Assembly (NCBI GenBank): GCA_951406725.2
Contig: OX597821.1
Coordinates: 80,786,001 to 80,850,000, forward strand
Source of the DNA: Octopus vulgaris
Lineage: Eukaryota
Direction: 5' to 3'
DNA length: 64,000 nt
A program made the position numbers and the translations under genes. Below the pieces are notes generated by a model. That model made no database searches, was not told the origin of the DNA, and worked only from the letters and a program-made list of their open reading frames with translations. Of the stretch, positions 14,020 to 27,571 are shown piece by piece (the first letter of the stretch is position 1; every line of letters begins with the position of its first letter).

Positions 14020-14475
14020 TGTGCTAAATAACGTAAAAGCGGTGTTATTGTATGGGGCTGAGACATGGCGAACAACAGTTAAGTCAAATAAGCAAATACA
14101 ATCATTCATCAACAGATGCTTGCGTAGTATACTTAAAATTAGATGGCCCCAACACATAAGCAATCTGGAGCTATGGCAAAGAGGAAATCAAGTTTCGATT
14201 AGGGAGCAAATATTTAAGAAAAGTGGAAGTGGATTGGTAGCACAATTAGAAAAGACACACCAAATGTAGTGGAAAGTGCTTTAAAGTGGAAACCGGTTGG
14301 ATATAAAAGGAGAGGTAGGCCTAAGGACTCGTGGCTGAGATCAACACAAAAAGAACTGGAGAAAGAGAGACATTCATGGCAGAGTATAAGTACAGAAGCC
14401 ACAAATTATGCGACATGAAATTCGACTATAAGTGGCCGATACTCCACGTTGGAGGGTGAAAGGCATAAAGAAAAG
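14020..14475 (+). mobile_element. RTE-clade LINE 3' fragment
   Basis: VKAVLLYGAETW...FINRCLRSILKIRWPQHISNLELW, frameshifted into WxWIG..ALKWKP.G.KRRGRPK.W. Confidence 0.85.
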
Positions 14476-14573
14476 AAAGATATTTAGCACAAGGGATATC
14501 AAATGTTCTTTTCATCATAAACTGGAACAAGAAAAAAAGATTAATAAAAAGCTGACATTCATATTGTACTTAC

Positions 14574-14736
14574 ATGAATGAGCTGTCTCCATCGACAGAG
14601 ATACTGCAGTTGTTAAATATCTTTAAACTAGTTTTTGGACATGACAATGTGACCCCATCATTTTCCTTGAGGATAGCAAATGTTTTATGGGCTACATCAG
14701 CAGCCAACAGGTGAGTACATTTATTGCTTCCAAAAT
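14574..14736 (-). CDS. LLTP exon 16, VWD
   Basis: tttcag|AT TTT GGA...TCA TTC AT|gtaagt; DFGSNKCTHLLAADVAHKTFAIL...SISVDG; phase 1/2. Confidence 0.92.
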
Positions 14737-15092
14737 CTGAAAGAAAAAAAAAGGAAATTGTTTAAAAATCTTAAAGCCAACTGCATTTATCAAGAGTTAG
14801 CCAAAATAAATACATCATGCTATTATTTCAATTCCTTACTACTATTAGTATAATTAAAATGACAAGCTAAGGTAGAGAGCTGACAGAACCATTATCATGC
14901 CGGACAAAATGCTTGGCAGCGTTTCTTGCCCATGTCAGTATTTGAACCGAGAATGTAAACTTTGTCATTCATCCTTTTGGAGTCAATAAAATAAATACCA
15001 GTTGAACACCGGGGTCAATATAATTGATTAGCTCCCTCCAGGTAAAATTTCAGGCCTTGTGCCTATAATAAAAAGGGTTATTACTATTATTA

Positions 15093-15326
15093 TTAACCCT
15101 TTCGTTACTGTATTTATTTTGAGATGCTCTGTGTTCCTTTCAATTATTTTAAATGTAACAAAAAATTTAGTAAAATAACTTAGTTATCATTCAGCTAGTG
15201 TTGGGAACATAAATTGTGACTAAGGTTTGGTTGAAGATTTTAATTCAGAACTTATGAAAACAAGACATTTGTACTCAGAGCCAGAGCCAGAGCCAGTTTC
15301 TGCCGGGTTGGTAACGAGAGGGTTAA
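15093..15326. mobile_element. TTAA-flanked MITE (piggyBac-like)
   Basis: TTAA-CCCTTTCGTTAC ... GTAACGAGAGGG-TTAA; second copy at ~31290-31515. Confidence 0.7.
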
Positions 15327-16060
15327 GGTGTCAATCTAGCAAAATCACTAACACACTGGACAAAATGATTAGCAGCATTTCATCCATTTTTACAGTTCAA
15401 ATGTTACTAAGGTTAGTTTTGATTTTTTTTTAACTTTTGGGGACGGTGAAGTAAGTACCAGTTGAACATAGGGCTTGATGTGATCAACTAGCCCCTTCCC
15501 TCAAAATTTTAGGCCTTTTGCCTGTAGTAGAAAGATAATTATTATTGTTGAGTAATCGATCCATCTAACTGATTAGCACAGTTCCTCTAAAATTGCTAGT
15601 CTTGTGCTAAACTTTGAAACAGTTACCATTGTTATTATAAAGCTGGTGGGCTGGCAGAATCTTAGGACAAAATCCTTAGTGGCACTTCTTTCAACTCTTT
15701 ACATTTTGAGTTCATATTTCTTGAAATATATTCTACAAAATATTAACCTTTTAACTATGAAACCAAATTTCCTGGTTATTCCAATAATGATGTTAAATAT
15801 TCACCTAAAAGAAAGAATTCTTATTTTCTGCAAATTGCTTAGCCTCAATAAACTCGGTATATCTCAGCAGAAAATATTTTCAAACATGACATTCCTCAAC
15901 TAAAGATAAATTGAGATATAATGTTGCTTCCCACAGTTAAAGGTAATGAAATTTTGTAAGCATAAATTTGATTCCTGCAGTTAAATGAAAAAAAAAAGTT
16001 TTTACAAACATGTATCTCTTCTTCATATATTGCAATGCTTCAAACAAATTACAGTACTCC

Positions 16061-16283
16061 TATAACCCTTTAGCATTTAAACCAGCCATATTCAGCCCAA
16101 ATATTCCACCCGTTATGCTTAAACCAGTCAGATATGACCTCTCACACCTACCCTGCAATGTCACTCAAATAAAATAAACAATCACATCTTTGAAGTCTTG
16201 AAGTTATGAAATAATGCATGATTAATTAACATGAATAAACAAGCCTTTCATTAGACTCATTAATCTGAATGCTAAAAGGTTAA
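16061..16283. mobile_element. TTAA-type MITE, second family
   Basis: AACCCTTTAGCATT ... AATGCTAAAAGGTTAA; a copy at ~25732-26510 is interrupted by the mariner MITE. Confidence 0.65.
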
Positions 16284-16301
16284 ATAAAATAAAATAATTA
16301 C

Positions 16302-16458
16302 CTGAAGGTAAATTATATAGAAATCCATCAAATGTTACCACTTTGTCCTCAGATAAAACTGCAACATGAGTTGTATAACGGCGCAAGAAAGGGAAGAAAT
16401 CACGGGTCTGTAGTTTATGCATAAATAAGTAGAGTGGAGTTGTCAACTTTGGTGATGT
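16302..16458 (-). CDS. LLTP exon 15, VWD start
   Basis: ttacag|ACA TCA CCA...CCT TCA G|gtaatt; HVAVLSEDKVVTFDGFLYNLP (VWD TFDG motif); phase 0/1. Confidence 0.93.
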
Positions 16459-17039
16459 CTGTAAAGCAGAAATTAAACTATGTATCATTTAGTTACTAAC
16501 TGGGTTGGTCAGATGAATTGAGTAACTCAGGAGTTAAAAGGAGATGATGGTAGTAACCAAACTGTACATCAGAGATAAGAATAGAACTGAACATAAATGG
16601 CATGGACAAAGATTGAACTGTAAGGGAGTAGGAAATGTGAAATTGGTAATGGATCAATAGGTTTATGGTACTGATCAAGGTTCTCACTAAAAAGTGAGTG
16701 CAAAAATTTGATGTTATGCAAATTACACAACTCAACAGGTATTTTGTTGTTAGGAGTGATTGGCATTAGGAAGGGCATCCAGCCATAGAAACCATGCCAA
16801 ATCAGACTGGAGTCTGGTGCAGCCTTCCAGCTTTCCAGCCATGGTTAAACCATCCAACCCATGCCAGCATGGACAATGGATGTTATATGATGATGATGTT
16901 TTTATCCAAATGTTTAACATGCTGAATCCAAAAACGTTAATCGATGTTTTTACTTTCACATTTAGATTTCAAGATACCAAAACACCCCATTTGTCAGTGG
17001 GAGGCATGTATGGCCTTTAAGATGGTTAATTTTCTCATG

Positions 17040-18075
17040 GGACAACAAAGTGGATACACCAAATATCCATGATTTTTATGCATGCTGGACAACAGAGCCA
17101 GGGAAAGCATTCGTTGATCAAAGAATGGCTGCAGTAATCATTAGTTCCAGGGTCTTTTAATGTGGTTGATGAGCCTTTAGTTTAACCAGAAAAATCACCC
17201 TGCCTTCACTCCATATCAAACTTGGTATTATGAAGCAGTTTGTTAAAGCTCTGAATAAAGATGGGCCATGCTTTCACTATATCCACAACACATTTCCTTG
17301 TCTGTGAAATGAAAAGATAAAAGCTGGAGTATTTGATGGGCCTGAAATCAGAAAATGGATGAAAGATGGGAACTTTGTGAATTTAATGAATTGCATTGAA
17401 GAAGCAGCATGGAAATCCTTTGTAATAGTTGTAAATTAACTTTATGGGCAACAAGAAAACAGCCAACTATACCGAAATAGTTGACAACATGATGGAGAAC
17501 CATCAAAAGTTGGAAGCAAATATGAGCATAAAGCTGCACTATCTCCACAGTCACCTTGATAAGTTCCATGGAAATCTCCACAGTCACCTTGATAAGTTCC
17601 ATGGAAATCTTTGTTACACAAGAGACAAGGAGTGAGAATATTTCCATCAGGACATAAAAATCATTGGAACAAAGATATCTAGATAGATGAAACTTGCATA
17701 TGGTAGCAGACTATTGCTGGAACATGGTTCCTAAGCTTCCTGAGGTTCAGTGCTCAAGAAAATCATCCAAATGAAAATTCAAGGGAAATTAGGCAGAAAC
17801 AATGATTTAATTTTTCTGTAGAAATTTTAAAATTTTTTATTTGTTTTCAGCAGATTTTCAGTAGAATTTGAAGAAAACCCAGTTTCTAAGCATTTTTATG
17901 TTATAACTTGTTCCACATAAGCTATTTTATTGAAGAAGAAAGAAAGAACAATGAAATTTTATGGGTCCAGTATCTTAGAATCTTGATATGATGGTCATAA
18001 ATGGATGTCATTTTTTAATTCTGTGTGTCAGGTCCAAAATTTTTGACGACAGAGAAAAATACTTTTCATTGACTA
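17040..18075 (+). mobile_element. degenerate DNA transposon, Chapaev3/CMC-like transposase C-terminus
   Basis: Broken frames give LHIKLGIMKQFVKAL, KIKAGVFDGPEIRK, MSIKLHYLHSHLDKF, FHQDI, ADYCW; family assignment is from memory of these motifs. Confidence 0.65.
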
Positions 18076-18329
18076 CAATGATGATGATGGGCAATGATAA
18101 AGATAATGATAATGAAAATGATGATGTTGATGATGATGATGATGGCAATGATAACAATGACGATGATATCAATGGTATGCTGATGACAATGAGAATGATG
18201 ATGACAACAATAATGGTGAGGACAATGATCATGATAGCAATAATGGTAACAAGAACAATGATATATAAAAACGATAATAATGATGACATTGACGTTGAAA
18301 ATGGAAGTGATAATAGTAAATTGACTCAC

Positions 18330-18535
18330 TTTAAAAGATTCCCAAATGAATGGATGGAATAAAGTAAAATGTATTTTCCCCTGTGCCAACATTGGCACCA
18401 GTCTTGCTTTCACAGCTCTCTCCATATACAGATTAAACAGCCTGGGATAATTTGTTACTCTTTCTTGGATATAATTACCCATGGCCTTGGCAACCGCACC
18501 AATACCATATTTCAAGGTTTTTACTTTTTCTCTGT
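18330..18535 (-). CDS. LLTP exon 14
   Basis: ttgcag|AC AGA GAA...TTT AAA|gtgagt; ends GKIHFTLFHPFIWESFK, resembling the pre-VWD PFxWxSF motif of apolipophorin-like proteins; phase 1/0. Confidence 0.9.
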
Positions 18536-18657
18536 CTGCAAAATAAAATTTATTTAAATGTATTTTTGTTGTTACTTTTGTTTATCTTCATTTTCCTCAT
18601 TTGCTAGACGGAAACTGAATGAAGCCCGTCATATATATGTATATACATATATATATG

Positions 18658-18821
<164 letters not shown>

Positions 18822-19190
18822 TATGTGTGTGTGTATATGTTTGTGTATCTGTGTTTGTCCCCCCAACATAGCTTGACAACTTACTTCCCATCCACCACAC
18901 ACACACACATACACATATATGTATGTATATGCATATATCTATGTGTGCATATCTTTGTGTCTGTTTGTACTCCACCACCACTTGACAACTGGTGTTGGTG
19001 TGTTTACATCCTCATAACTTAGCAGTTCAGTAAAAAGTGCCTGATAAAAGCATTTTTTTTTAAGAAAAAATAAACCCTGAGGTCGATTTATTTGATTAAA
19101 ACCCTTTCAAGGCAGTGCCGCAGCATGGGCACGCTCAAACGACAGAAACAGGTAAAAAATCAAAGATAAATCAAAATATTTTCCACTTAC

Positions 19191-19356
19191 CAAAAATGGA
19201 ATTTTTGTATTTATTCTTGAAGTTTTGGCTCATCTTTAAAATTCTTTCATAAAATACTTCAGACATTGGACGCGAGGATAAAGGTACGATGTCAAAAATT
19301 GGCATAACAGTTCGAACAGATGAATAGAAGACATTATTTAAAAGTTCCCCAATGGT
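19191..19356 (-). CDS. LLTP exon 13
   Basis: cttcag|ACC ATT GGG...ATT TTT G|gtaagt; TIGELLNNVFYSSVRTVMPIF...; phase 0/1. Confidence 0.88.
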
Positions 19357-19509
19357 CTGAAGAAAAAAGAAAAGAGAAAAGAAAGGGAAGAGTGTAGTTT
19401 AAAGTCTTTTCAATATTTCAAATTAGTTGGTTAAGTGTCTGGTTATGTATGTTGAAAAGAATTTAATAAACCATGTGTCATGTGTGTATGACATTTATTG
19501 CATAAAAAA

Positions 19510-19523
19510 ACAGATAGACAGAC

Positions 19524-19602
<79 letters not shown>

Positions 19603-19603
19603 C

Positions 19604-19666
<63 letters not shown>

Positions 19667-19695
19667 TAGATAGATAGATAGAAAGAAAGATAGAT
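19510..19695. repeat. (AGAT)n microsatellite
   Basis: Direct reading. Confidence 0.95.
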
Positions 19696-19699
19696 AACT

Positions 19700-20190
19700 T
19701 TTTATTGTGGCCACACAGGGATAAACACAGAATAAAAATGGACGAAATACAATGTAGAGTTCTTTCTTTTCGAGGTGGGTTGTGTGGTGTATAAAAATAT
19801 AACATATATATATATATAAATAAAGTTCACAGTTTAGGTGTAGCCCTGGAAAGAAAAACCTACAAAAAAGACCAAGGTCACCTCAGACAGTTCGAAAATG
19901 AACACATGAGTAAGTCGCCTTACCTCTTGTTGTCTCTTTTGGTCACAGATTTACGTTTAAAATAGTGTTGTCTTTCAACCTGACCATTTTTGCTACTTTT
20001 ACCCACTTTTTATTAAAACATTCGTTCGACAAAGCCTTCCTCTCTATTCTCACCCTCCTTTTCAAGTGGTACTTGAAAAAGTTGACGAGAGACTGACCAG
20101 AGAGGAAGGTGTTTGTTTGCAGTCCTTTCAAACGCATCCACCACACACATTCTTTCGTCATAGCCATCAGCGTAACGAAAACCGATATTT
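19700..20190 (-). mobile_element. Tx1/L1-like LINE ORF2 3' end
   Basis: AMTKECVWWMR...FFKYHLKRRVRIERK..FNKKW resembles Tx1-clade ORF2 C-termini, followed by a 3' UTR. Confidence 0.55.
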
Positions 20191-20746
20191 CCAAGTTAAA
20201 GGAAAGATGGAGACGCATTGTGCAACAAAATGGTTTATATTTGGTTGATTAAAATGTAATGGCAAGTATTTATTGACCTTTTCCTTTCTTTTAAAAATCG
20301 GCACAAACTTTCTGGACAACCCAATAGATTTCTTAAATTATATTATGCAATATTTTAATACCTATTAACAATTTTTACTGTAAGGAAAATGGGTATTATG
20401 ATAAATGCCAAAGTGTGCATCTATCATAATATGAATAGATTTCAACACCCTACAGACCAGGTCAAAGGAGGCCCACTTGTTGTCAATAAAATAATAAAAG
20501 CTGTTGATGAGCCTTATTACTCAAGTACAGTTGTGCTTATTCAGAGAGTAAGCCGTAAGAGAAAAAAAAACTGGACATGATAGAAACAAATATGACTGTA
20601 GTTTTGAAATCAGAATGCCAATTTATTCTAAATTAAGTGAAAAAGGAAACTTGTTCAAAATCGTTTTCCTCTGGATAATTTTTAACAACAATGTATGAAG
20701 GAATACTTAGTTAGAAAAACAATATGATCAGAATTATTTCACTTAC

Positions 20747-20965
20747 TTGGCCATAATATGGTATAGTGATTTCAGAGTAAGGTTTCTCAGGGTTAGAATC
20801 AATAGCTGCAACAAAAGGATTAAGTACACTAGAAAACAATGCTTGTTTCTCTTGCATCCATTTTCTTAGAGGTCCAATAGCATTCGGCTGTATAACAATA
20901 TCTTGGCTAATTTCAGATGGTTTACTGAGGCTCATTGTCCACTCAGCAAGATTTTGACCAGATCC
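20747..20965 (-). CDS. LLTP exon 12
   Basis: ttgcag|GGA TCT GGT...GGC CAA|gtaagt; phase 0/0, open frame. Confidence 0.88.
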
Positions 20966-21045
20966 CTGCAAAGATGATAAATTTATTAGGATATGCTTAC
21001 AATGAAGAAGATTGTTCAATTGTAAAAGAAAAGGAATCTTTCCTT

Positions 21046-21083
<38 letters not shown>

Positions 21084-21381
21084 TTCCAGTGCAAATCAGT
21101 CGATGTTGTTGACTGTAATTTACATAAGGCCATTGCTTTATAAGATCTGTTCAGAGTTGCCTCTCTTAGGTACTACCAACGGATAAAAGCCAACGAGCTA
21201 GAAACAGTGTTGTCTGAGAATCCTGATAGATGGCAACACTGAACAGCAAGGGTGTTTTCACACCTTTTTACAACAAGAGAAAAATTTTTCTCTACAGTAA
21301 CTGCAGTCAAATTGCCTTTTAGCAGTAGAAATATGTTACAAACATATTTTAACTAACCTAAATTTTGCTTATTTTTATATA

Positions 21382-21382
<1 letters not shown>

Positions 21383-21426
<44 letters not shown>

Positions 21427-21610
21427 CATACATGCATACATACATACATGTATACATACATACATGTATACATACATACATACATACATACATACATACA
21501 TACATACATACATACATACATACATACATACATACATACATACATACATGCATACAGACATACATACATACATACATACATACATACATACATACATACA
21601 TGCATACATA
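21383..21610. repeat. (CATA)n microsatellite
   Basis: Direct reading; similar arrays at 22115-22170 and 33745-34025. Confidence 0.95.
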
Positions 21611-21733
21611 TAGAGGTGATTTTAAATTCTCAAACGCAGGAAAATGCTAATAATATAGCCTGAACAGGAAAAGCTACCCCTATTTTTTACGTTCATCGTA
21701 ATTTGAATTTCATATATGTATATATATACATAC

Positions 21734-21766
<33 letters not shown>

Positions 21767-21814
21767 CTTACATCTCTCTCTATATATATATATGTATATG
21801 TTGAAGCAATGGAG

Positions 21815-21864
21815 GGACACTACTGATGAGTTTCAGAGTCAGGGATGAAACCGATCCAGTGTTT
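21815..21864 (+). ncRNA. degenerate hammerhead ribozyme motif
   Basis: GACACTA-CTGATGA-GTTTC(agagtca)GGGAT-GAAA-CCGA-TC-CAGTGTT; core present, stems eroded. Confidence 0.5.
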
Positions 21865-22234
21865 CTAACTTTGTTCATAGAACAGTCATCTCCCCTGTCA
21901 GTATATGTAAATGTGCTTTTCCCACAGCTGTAAAAGTTTTAACTCTTATTTCTTGCAATATAGGTGCTCTCAGCAGCCTCTGTCACAATTAGTGACAATT
22001 AGATTTTTCTTATATGGTTTTATATTGTGCCAAGCTGCTTTTATCAATATATATGCATGTGTGTATGCGCATTCATATGTGTCTGTCTGTCTGTATGTAT
22101 GTATATATGTGTGAATGTATGTATGTATGTATGTATGTATGTATGTATGTATGTATGTATGTATGTATGTGTGTGTGTGTGTATGTATATATTCATGCTT
22201 ATAAATGGTTTAAAAAAAACCCACATAGACATAC

Positions 22235-22396
22235 CTCTTTCTTTATGTGTAGAATCAGATTCTTCTCATCCGTTACACGTCCTGCCAACCGAACCATAAC
22301 ATCTGGCAAGAAAAGTTTTACTGACACTTTTGGCAGGTCATTATTTTTGACCTCTTCAATTACAACCAGACCATCCATGGCTATAATGGCCGGATG
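22235..22396 (-). CDS. LLTP exon 11
   Basis: atacag|CAT CCG GCC...AAA GAG|gtatgt; HPAIIAMDGLVVIEEV...; phase 0/0. Confidence 0.88.
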
Positions 22397-24206
22397 CTGT
22401 ATAAATAAATAAATGAATAAATTAGAAAAATCTAGAAATGATTAGGTTTGCTTTTTAGTTACCAAGTATCCTTGGTCTTTATCATTTAAGTGAAGACACA
22501 TGGCTCAGTGGTTAGGGGCATTCAGCCCATGGTCATAAGATCCATGAAGAAGGGATTATTTCAAGGCTTTACGGCAATCCATTGCTCTATAACCCTGTGT
22601 TAATACAACTCCAACTCCATCTATTTAGCTCTCTTTCTCTCACTCTGAATGTCTTTCTATCTTTCTCTCTAACACTATCTCCCCTCCCTTTCCTCTCTTT
22701 TCCTACTGAAGTAGCCAAGTATCTCTTCTAGAGTAAAACATTTATCTTCATCCCTCTATTATACTCCAACCAATAACCTTTCATAAAGTCACTTCCCTCT
22801 GTTCAACTTCCTCTCTCAGCTGAGAGGTCATTGCCTTGCAAGTTACTTGCAACCCTGTTGGTACTGGTGGCACATTAAAAGAACCAAGTACATTCTGTCA
22901 AGTGGTTGGCATTAGGAAGGGCATCCAGCCCCAGAAACCATACCAAAGCAGACAATGGACCCTAGTGCAGCTCTCTGGCTTGACAGCTCCTGTCAAACCA
23001 CCCAACCCATGCCAACATGAAAAGCAATCATTAAATGATGATGATGATGATGATGACGACAATGACAACGATGACAACAGCATTGACAATAATGATGATG
23101 ATGTTCCAAGGCAAACTGGGTTGCACTTTATCTTTTGCCATCTGGGCTAGTGATGTATCTCCTCAACTGCAAAACACTTATTCATGTTCCCCTACTACTA
23201 TTCTAACCTCTCATCACCTGACACAAAGCCACCTCCCTTAATACTACTCCCACCTTGGTTGAGAAAGCTCTTGATTTGCATATTACTTGGTGACCTCACT
23301 GGTGCTGGTGCCACATAAAAAGCACCCAGTACACTCTGTAAAGTGGTTGGCATTAGGAATGGCATTCACCTAAAGCAGACAGTAAAGCTTAGTGCAGTCC
23401 TCAAACTCACTAACTCCTGTCAAACCATCTAAACCATGCCAGTATGGAAAATGGGCATTAAATTATGACAATGATTGATTTGGAGGAAGAAGCTGTGTCT
23501 ATGGCCTTTACATCCCTCAGAGTCTGTTGAGATTACCATGGTTGCAAGTCAGTAGTTGTGCAAGAAGGGAATTCCAGAAAGCTGATATTCTGGGATGTTC
23601 TCTTTATTAGTCTTATGTTGATGGGTTTGGATTGGATGTTTAGTCTACTGCAGTACAAAGGCCTCTCCACCCACCACAGTCTGAAAGTGGAAGCCGTGAA
23701 TTTGAGCTTGAGATCAGACTGGTTTGATGAGCCTACCCTGCCACACTGGCTCAACATGGCTTGTCAGAGGGATGCAGTTTTTATACTTACACCCAGGAGT
23801 AGTTAAGTCAATTACATTGACCCCCAGTGATCAACTTATTTTATCAATCCTCGAAAGGCAAAGTCAACCTCAACAGAATTCGATGGGTATGAGTACATAA
23901 ATCTATATATATAATATATGCAGCCTCAGAACATAATTATGTAAATGCAAGTGATAGTCAGTGCATTCTGGGAGGCTGAGCATTGTGGGTGCTGTACAAG
24001 CAGAATCTTCGACTGATCACCAACACAAATTATCACAGATCAGTCCATGGTAAGTGTAACATGGTTCACAATGGAGTATACTGTGTTGCCTCAGATCAAG
24101 GATGAATGAATCATTAATAAACAAGACTCCATGTACTCTGTTTGGTTGAGTATCTTTCTGAAGACAAATTAAAGAAAGTGAAAATATATCAAATCAAGTA
24201 CTTTAC

Positions 24207-24361
24207 CTTTCCTTCAATATGTGCCTGTAGGTACATGTAAACTTTTTCTCTATTACATATTAAATCCCACTTTGAAGTATAATTGACATATTGATGTATA
24301 AAACTTGAAGTTCTGTTCAGTCCATATTCTGGTGTCAGCATAAAATAGCCGCTCCAGGTTT
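24207..24361 (-). CDS. LLTP exon 10
   Basis: ttacag|AA ACC TGG...GGA AAG|gtaaag; QTWSGYFMLTPEYGLN...YLQAHIEGK; phase 1/0 fits both neighbours. Confidence 0.85.
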
Positions 24362-24538
24362 CTGTAAGAAAGGTTTATAATATTTTGTCTGCATGACATG
24401 TATATTTTATGTTTGTTGTACTTATTATGCATACTGACAATAAAATAGTTAATACAATAAATTGTATTAAATATTTTATAAAAATACAAAGTTATTGACA
24501 CAAATTTAAATTTCAGAAAATAAATGCAGTATTTTTGA

Positions 24539-24672
24539 AATAATTATTATTAAAATTATAATTTGGGTTATCTAAGAGATACTATCATGCTTGAAATAGC
24601 AGCCAAAACTGTCATTTCAAGCGTGGTGGTATCTCTTAGATACCCTAAATTATAATTTTAATAATAATTATT
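24539..24672. repeat. fold-back inverted repeat (~58-bp arms)
   Basis: AATAATTATTATTAAAATTATAATTTGGG..TCTAAGAGATAC..CATGCTTGAAAT versus ATTTCAAGCGTG..GTATCTCTTAGATACCCTAAATTATAATTTTAATAATAATTATT. Confidence 0.85.
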
Positions 24673-25920
24673 ACCTTTAAAAGTTTTTATTACCATGCTG
24701 GCCACTTGATAAGTTTGATATTTAAATAACGATCTTACCTTATTTATATAAATTTATATATGTATTTTTGAAATATGTAGTTGGCATGTGTAAGCAGCGT
24801 TGAGAGTTAATCAAATATTTAGATTAATTTAAATATGTTTGGGATTGCTTGACCTGTAAAACAATCATTCCCACTGCAATTTGCCATGAGTTAAATTAGT
24901 TCAAATGCAAATTGACTGTAGTATTTATCCAGACATAAAATCTTTTATGTGTTATGTTTTAAAATACAATCTACATCAGAAGATGAAGATCATCCCACCA
25001 GCAGTTGCAGCAGCTTGCTAGAATGCCAGATACATTTCAGCCCTTCTGGACCTTGTCAATGGCAGATACTCAAAGTCAACTACATGCTTAGATGAGACTT
25101 GTTTATAGGAAACATAAAATAAAGCATTCACTGGTATTGCAAATAGTTGCCTGGCTAAATGAAAATTCATTATATGCAATAAAAATACTATTAAATCAAA
25201 ATAGCCATCTATGTATCATACTTAATGCAAATACATTGTTGATAAGTCTCAATGACACCAAATGGCATCTGGTGTTCTCACTAGCTGCAGCTGCCATCCA
25301 AGAATTTGGACCTGGAGATCTCCATTTCCAACGACTTCGAGGGCCACCTCCCAGTGGTGTCGGGCGTCAACGAAGAGCCCTCGAATACAACAAGATGACC
25401 AAAATTTTTTTTTCTCCTGCCCCTAAGCCCTAGACCATCACCTAATCACCCTTACCCATCTTGTTGCTTAACAACAACAACAACAACTAGCTGCAGCTGG
25501 GATAACTCATGCCTCCATTCAACATGTGTTGTGTTTCTAAACTTTCCATCTAATTATAGATATTCTCGTTAAAAAAAACAACTTATATTTCAATGGACCA
25601 AAGACAAAAGAAATTAAATTTGAACAATAAACAGCCTTAATAATGTAAACATTAGTGATGGCAGATACTAAAGATATGTATTTTGTTTATGCGCTCATTA
25701 GCTGTGGGATAGCATCTAGAAGAAAAGTCCCTTAACCTTTTAGCATTTAAACTGACCATATCCGGCCGAAATATCTTACCTGTTTTGACATTCAAACTGG
25801 TAGCCTCACACACACCTACCCTACAATGTCATTCTAAAAATAAATAATCACCTCATTGAAACCTCAAAGCTATGAGATAATACATGATTGATACAAGACA
25901 ATAAGAATAAATTAGAATTA

Positions 25921-26473
25921 TTGGGTTGTCCGGAAAGTTCATGCCGATTTATAGTAGCTTACCTTTCAATTTATTTTAGAACATGGTTGAGTCCATAAAA
26001 TAGGATTCGACTACACCTCCATTTAGAGCACAGTTTAAGCTATCTTTTCATGGAAGAAGGTTTATGTTCCTATAACCTGTGTTAATTCTGTAACCCTTTA
26101 AAATGGGAGATAAGAAAGTTTATTTTCGGCACTTGATGCTTTGGGAACCAGACAAAAATTGCAGATGTGTTACCCTACCCTCCATATTCACCAGATATTG
26201 CTCCTTTGGATTGCCACTTATTCAGGTCTCTGCAGAATAGTCTTAATGGTAAAAATTTCAATTCCTTGCATGACGTAAAAAGATACCTTGATGAATTCTT
26301 TGCCATGAAACCTCCTCAATTCTGGGAAGCGGGTATTTTGAAGTTAAAGGAAAGATGGAGATGCATTGTGCAGCAAAATGGTTCATATTTAGTTGATTAA
26401 AAATATAATGGCAAGTATTTATTGACCTTTTTCTTTCTTTTAAAAATCGGCATGAACTTTCCGGACAACCCAA
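25921..26473 (+). mobile_element. internally deleted mariner (non-autonomous)
   Basis: Perfect 30-bp TIRs TTGGGTTGTCCGGAAAGTTCATGCCGATTT with TA on both sides; residual PPYSPDIAPLDCHLFRSL; a lone right end of the same family lies at ~20190-20325. Confidence 0.93.
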
Positions 26474-27254
26474 TACATTCAGCTGAGTAATCTGAACCCA
26501 AAAGAGTTAATGACACTTACTTTGAAGTATTCAGTGTTTTTTAACACTTAACATCTTAAAGGGACTTTTACCCTTGGTGCTATCCTACAGCTAATGAGCT
26601 CAGACAAAACACATATATTAAGCATATGACATTGATGATGTGAAAGGAAATGAATTATTTTAAATTTTGTCAAACTTGGCTCTTTTTTGTATAATAGTGG
26701 AAACAACTTTTGTCATAATTTATTCAAATCAGAAAACTTTTGTTCTGGCCACTTTCATTCCACCCAGGGCCCTCAATGCTATGACAGTGACATGTATAAA
26801 CCTGGAATCAGTAGGAAATTTTAAATGGTTTTTTGGTCGACTATTCTCATTCAGGTTTCTTTTAGAATTGACTCAGAAGAAAAAGTGGCTGAGTTCCTTT
26901 CGAGTGTTCGGCCCCATGGAGGCAATGGCCAAGACCTTTGGCATTATGTCATGCTTCAGAAGAAGACCCATCAAGCCAACCAAAATCACATTCATGGCAG
27001 ATATCAGAGTCACGCAAATGGTACCCTTGCCAGTGGCATGTAAAAGCACCCATTACACTCTCAGAGTGGTTGGCATTAGGAAGGGCATCCAACCATAGAA
27101 AACCATGCAAAATCAATCTGGAGTCTGTTGCAGCCTACCAGTGTGCCAGCCCAGTCAAACCGTCCAACCCATGCCAGCATGGACAATGAACGTTAAATGA
27201 TGATGATGATGAGGAGGATGATGACAATGATGATGATGTAATAAATAAACTTAC

Positions 27255-27571
27255 GATCAGAGTAATATTCATGTGCAAGCATTTTCCATTGATTTGAGGC
27301 AATTTTTGACAAAACTTTCAGGTGCTTTTTATGGTCTTCGTGTGACATTTTGAACTGAATATCAAAATTTTGTTGTAGAAATGGTACTTCCAATTTGTGG
27401 ACCAAGTTAAACTCACTATCATCAACTTTCTCAAAAGAAAATTTATTGGCAACGTTTGTAGATTTCAATTCATGGCTGTAATTAAAATAGTTTGTTTTTT
27501 CTATCAAGTGGAACATCATCTCAGTGTTCTTAGGTAAACGGTTGCCCTTGAAGGAGATCTCAGCCCACTTC
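27255..27571 (-). CDS. LLTP exon 9
   Basis: ttttcag|G AAG TGG GCT...TCT GAT C|gtaagt; alternating amphipathic beta-strand pattern; phase 2/1. Confidence 0.9.

Noticed and set aside
15745-15975. Strong minus-strand acceptor at ~15975
   Set aside because: All three frames close, and the VWD exons on either side join without it
17988-18362. Asp/Met-rich ORF, and similar poly-His/poly-Val ORFs at 27756-28223
   Set aside because: (GAT)n/(GGT)n trinucleotide repeats
26521-26870. Possible exon(s) ending at gtaagt 26520, and plus-strand ORF 26667-27098
   Set aside because: No open frame between splice sites; the plus ORF runs into a SINE
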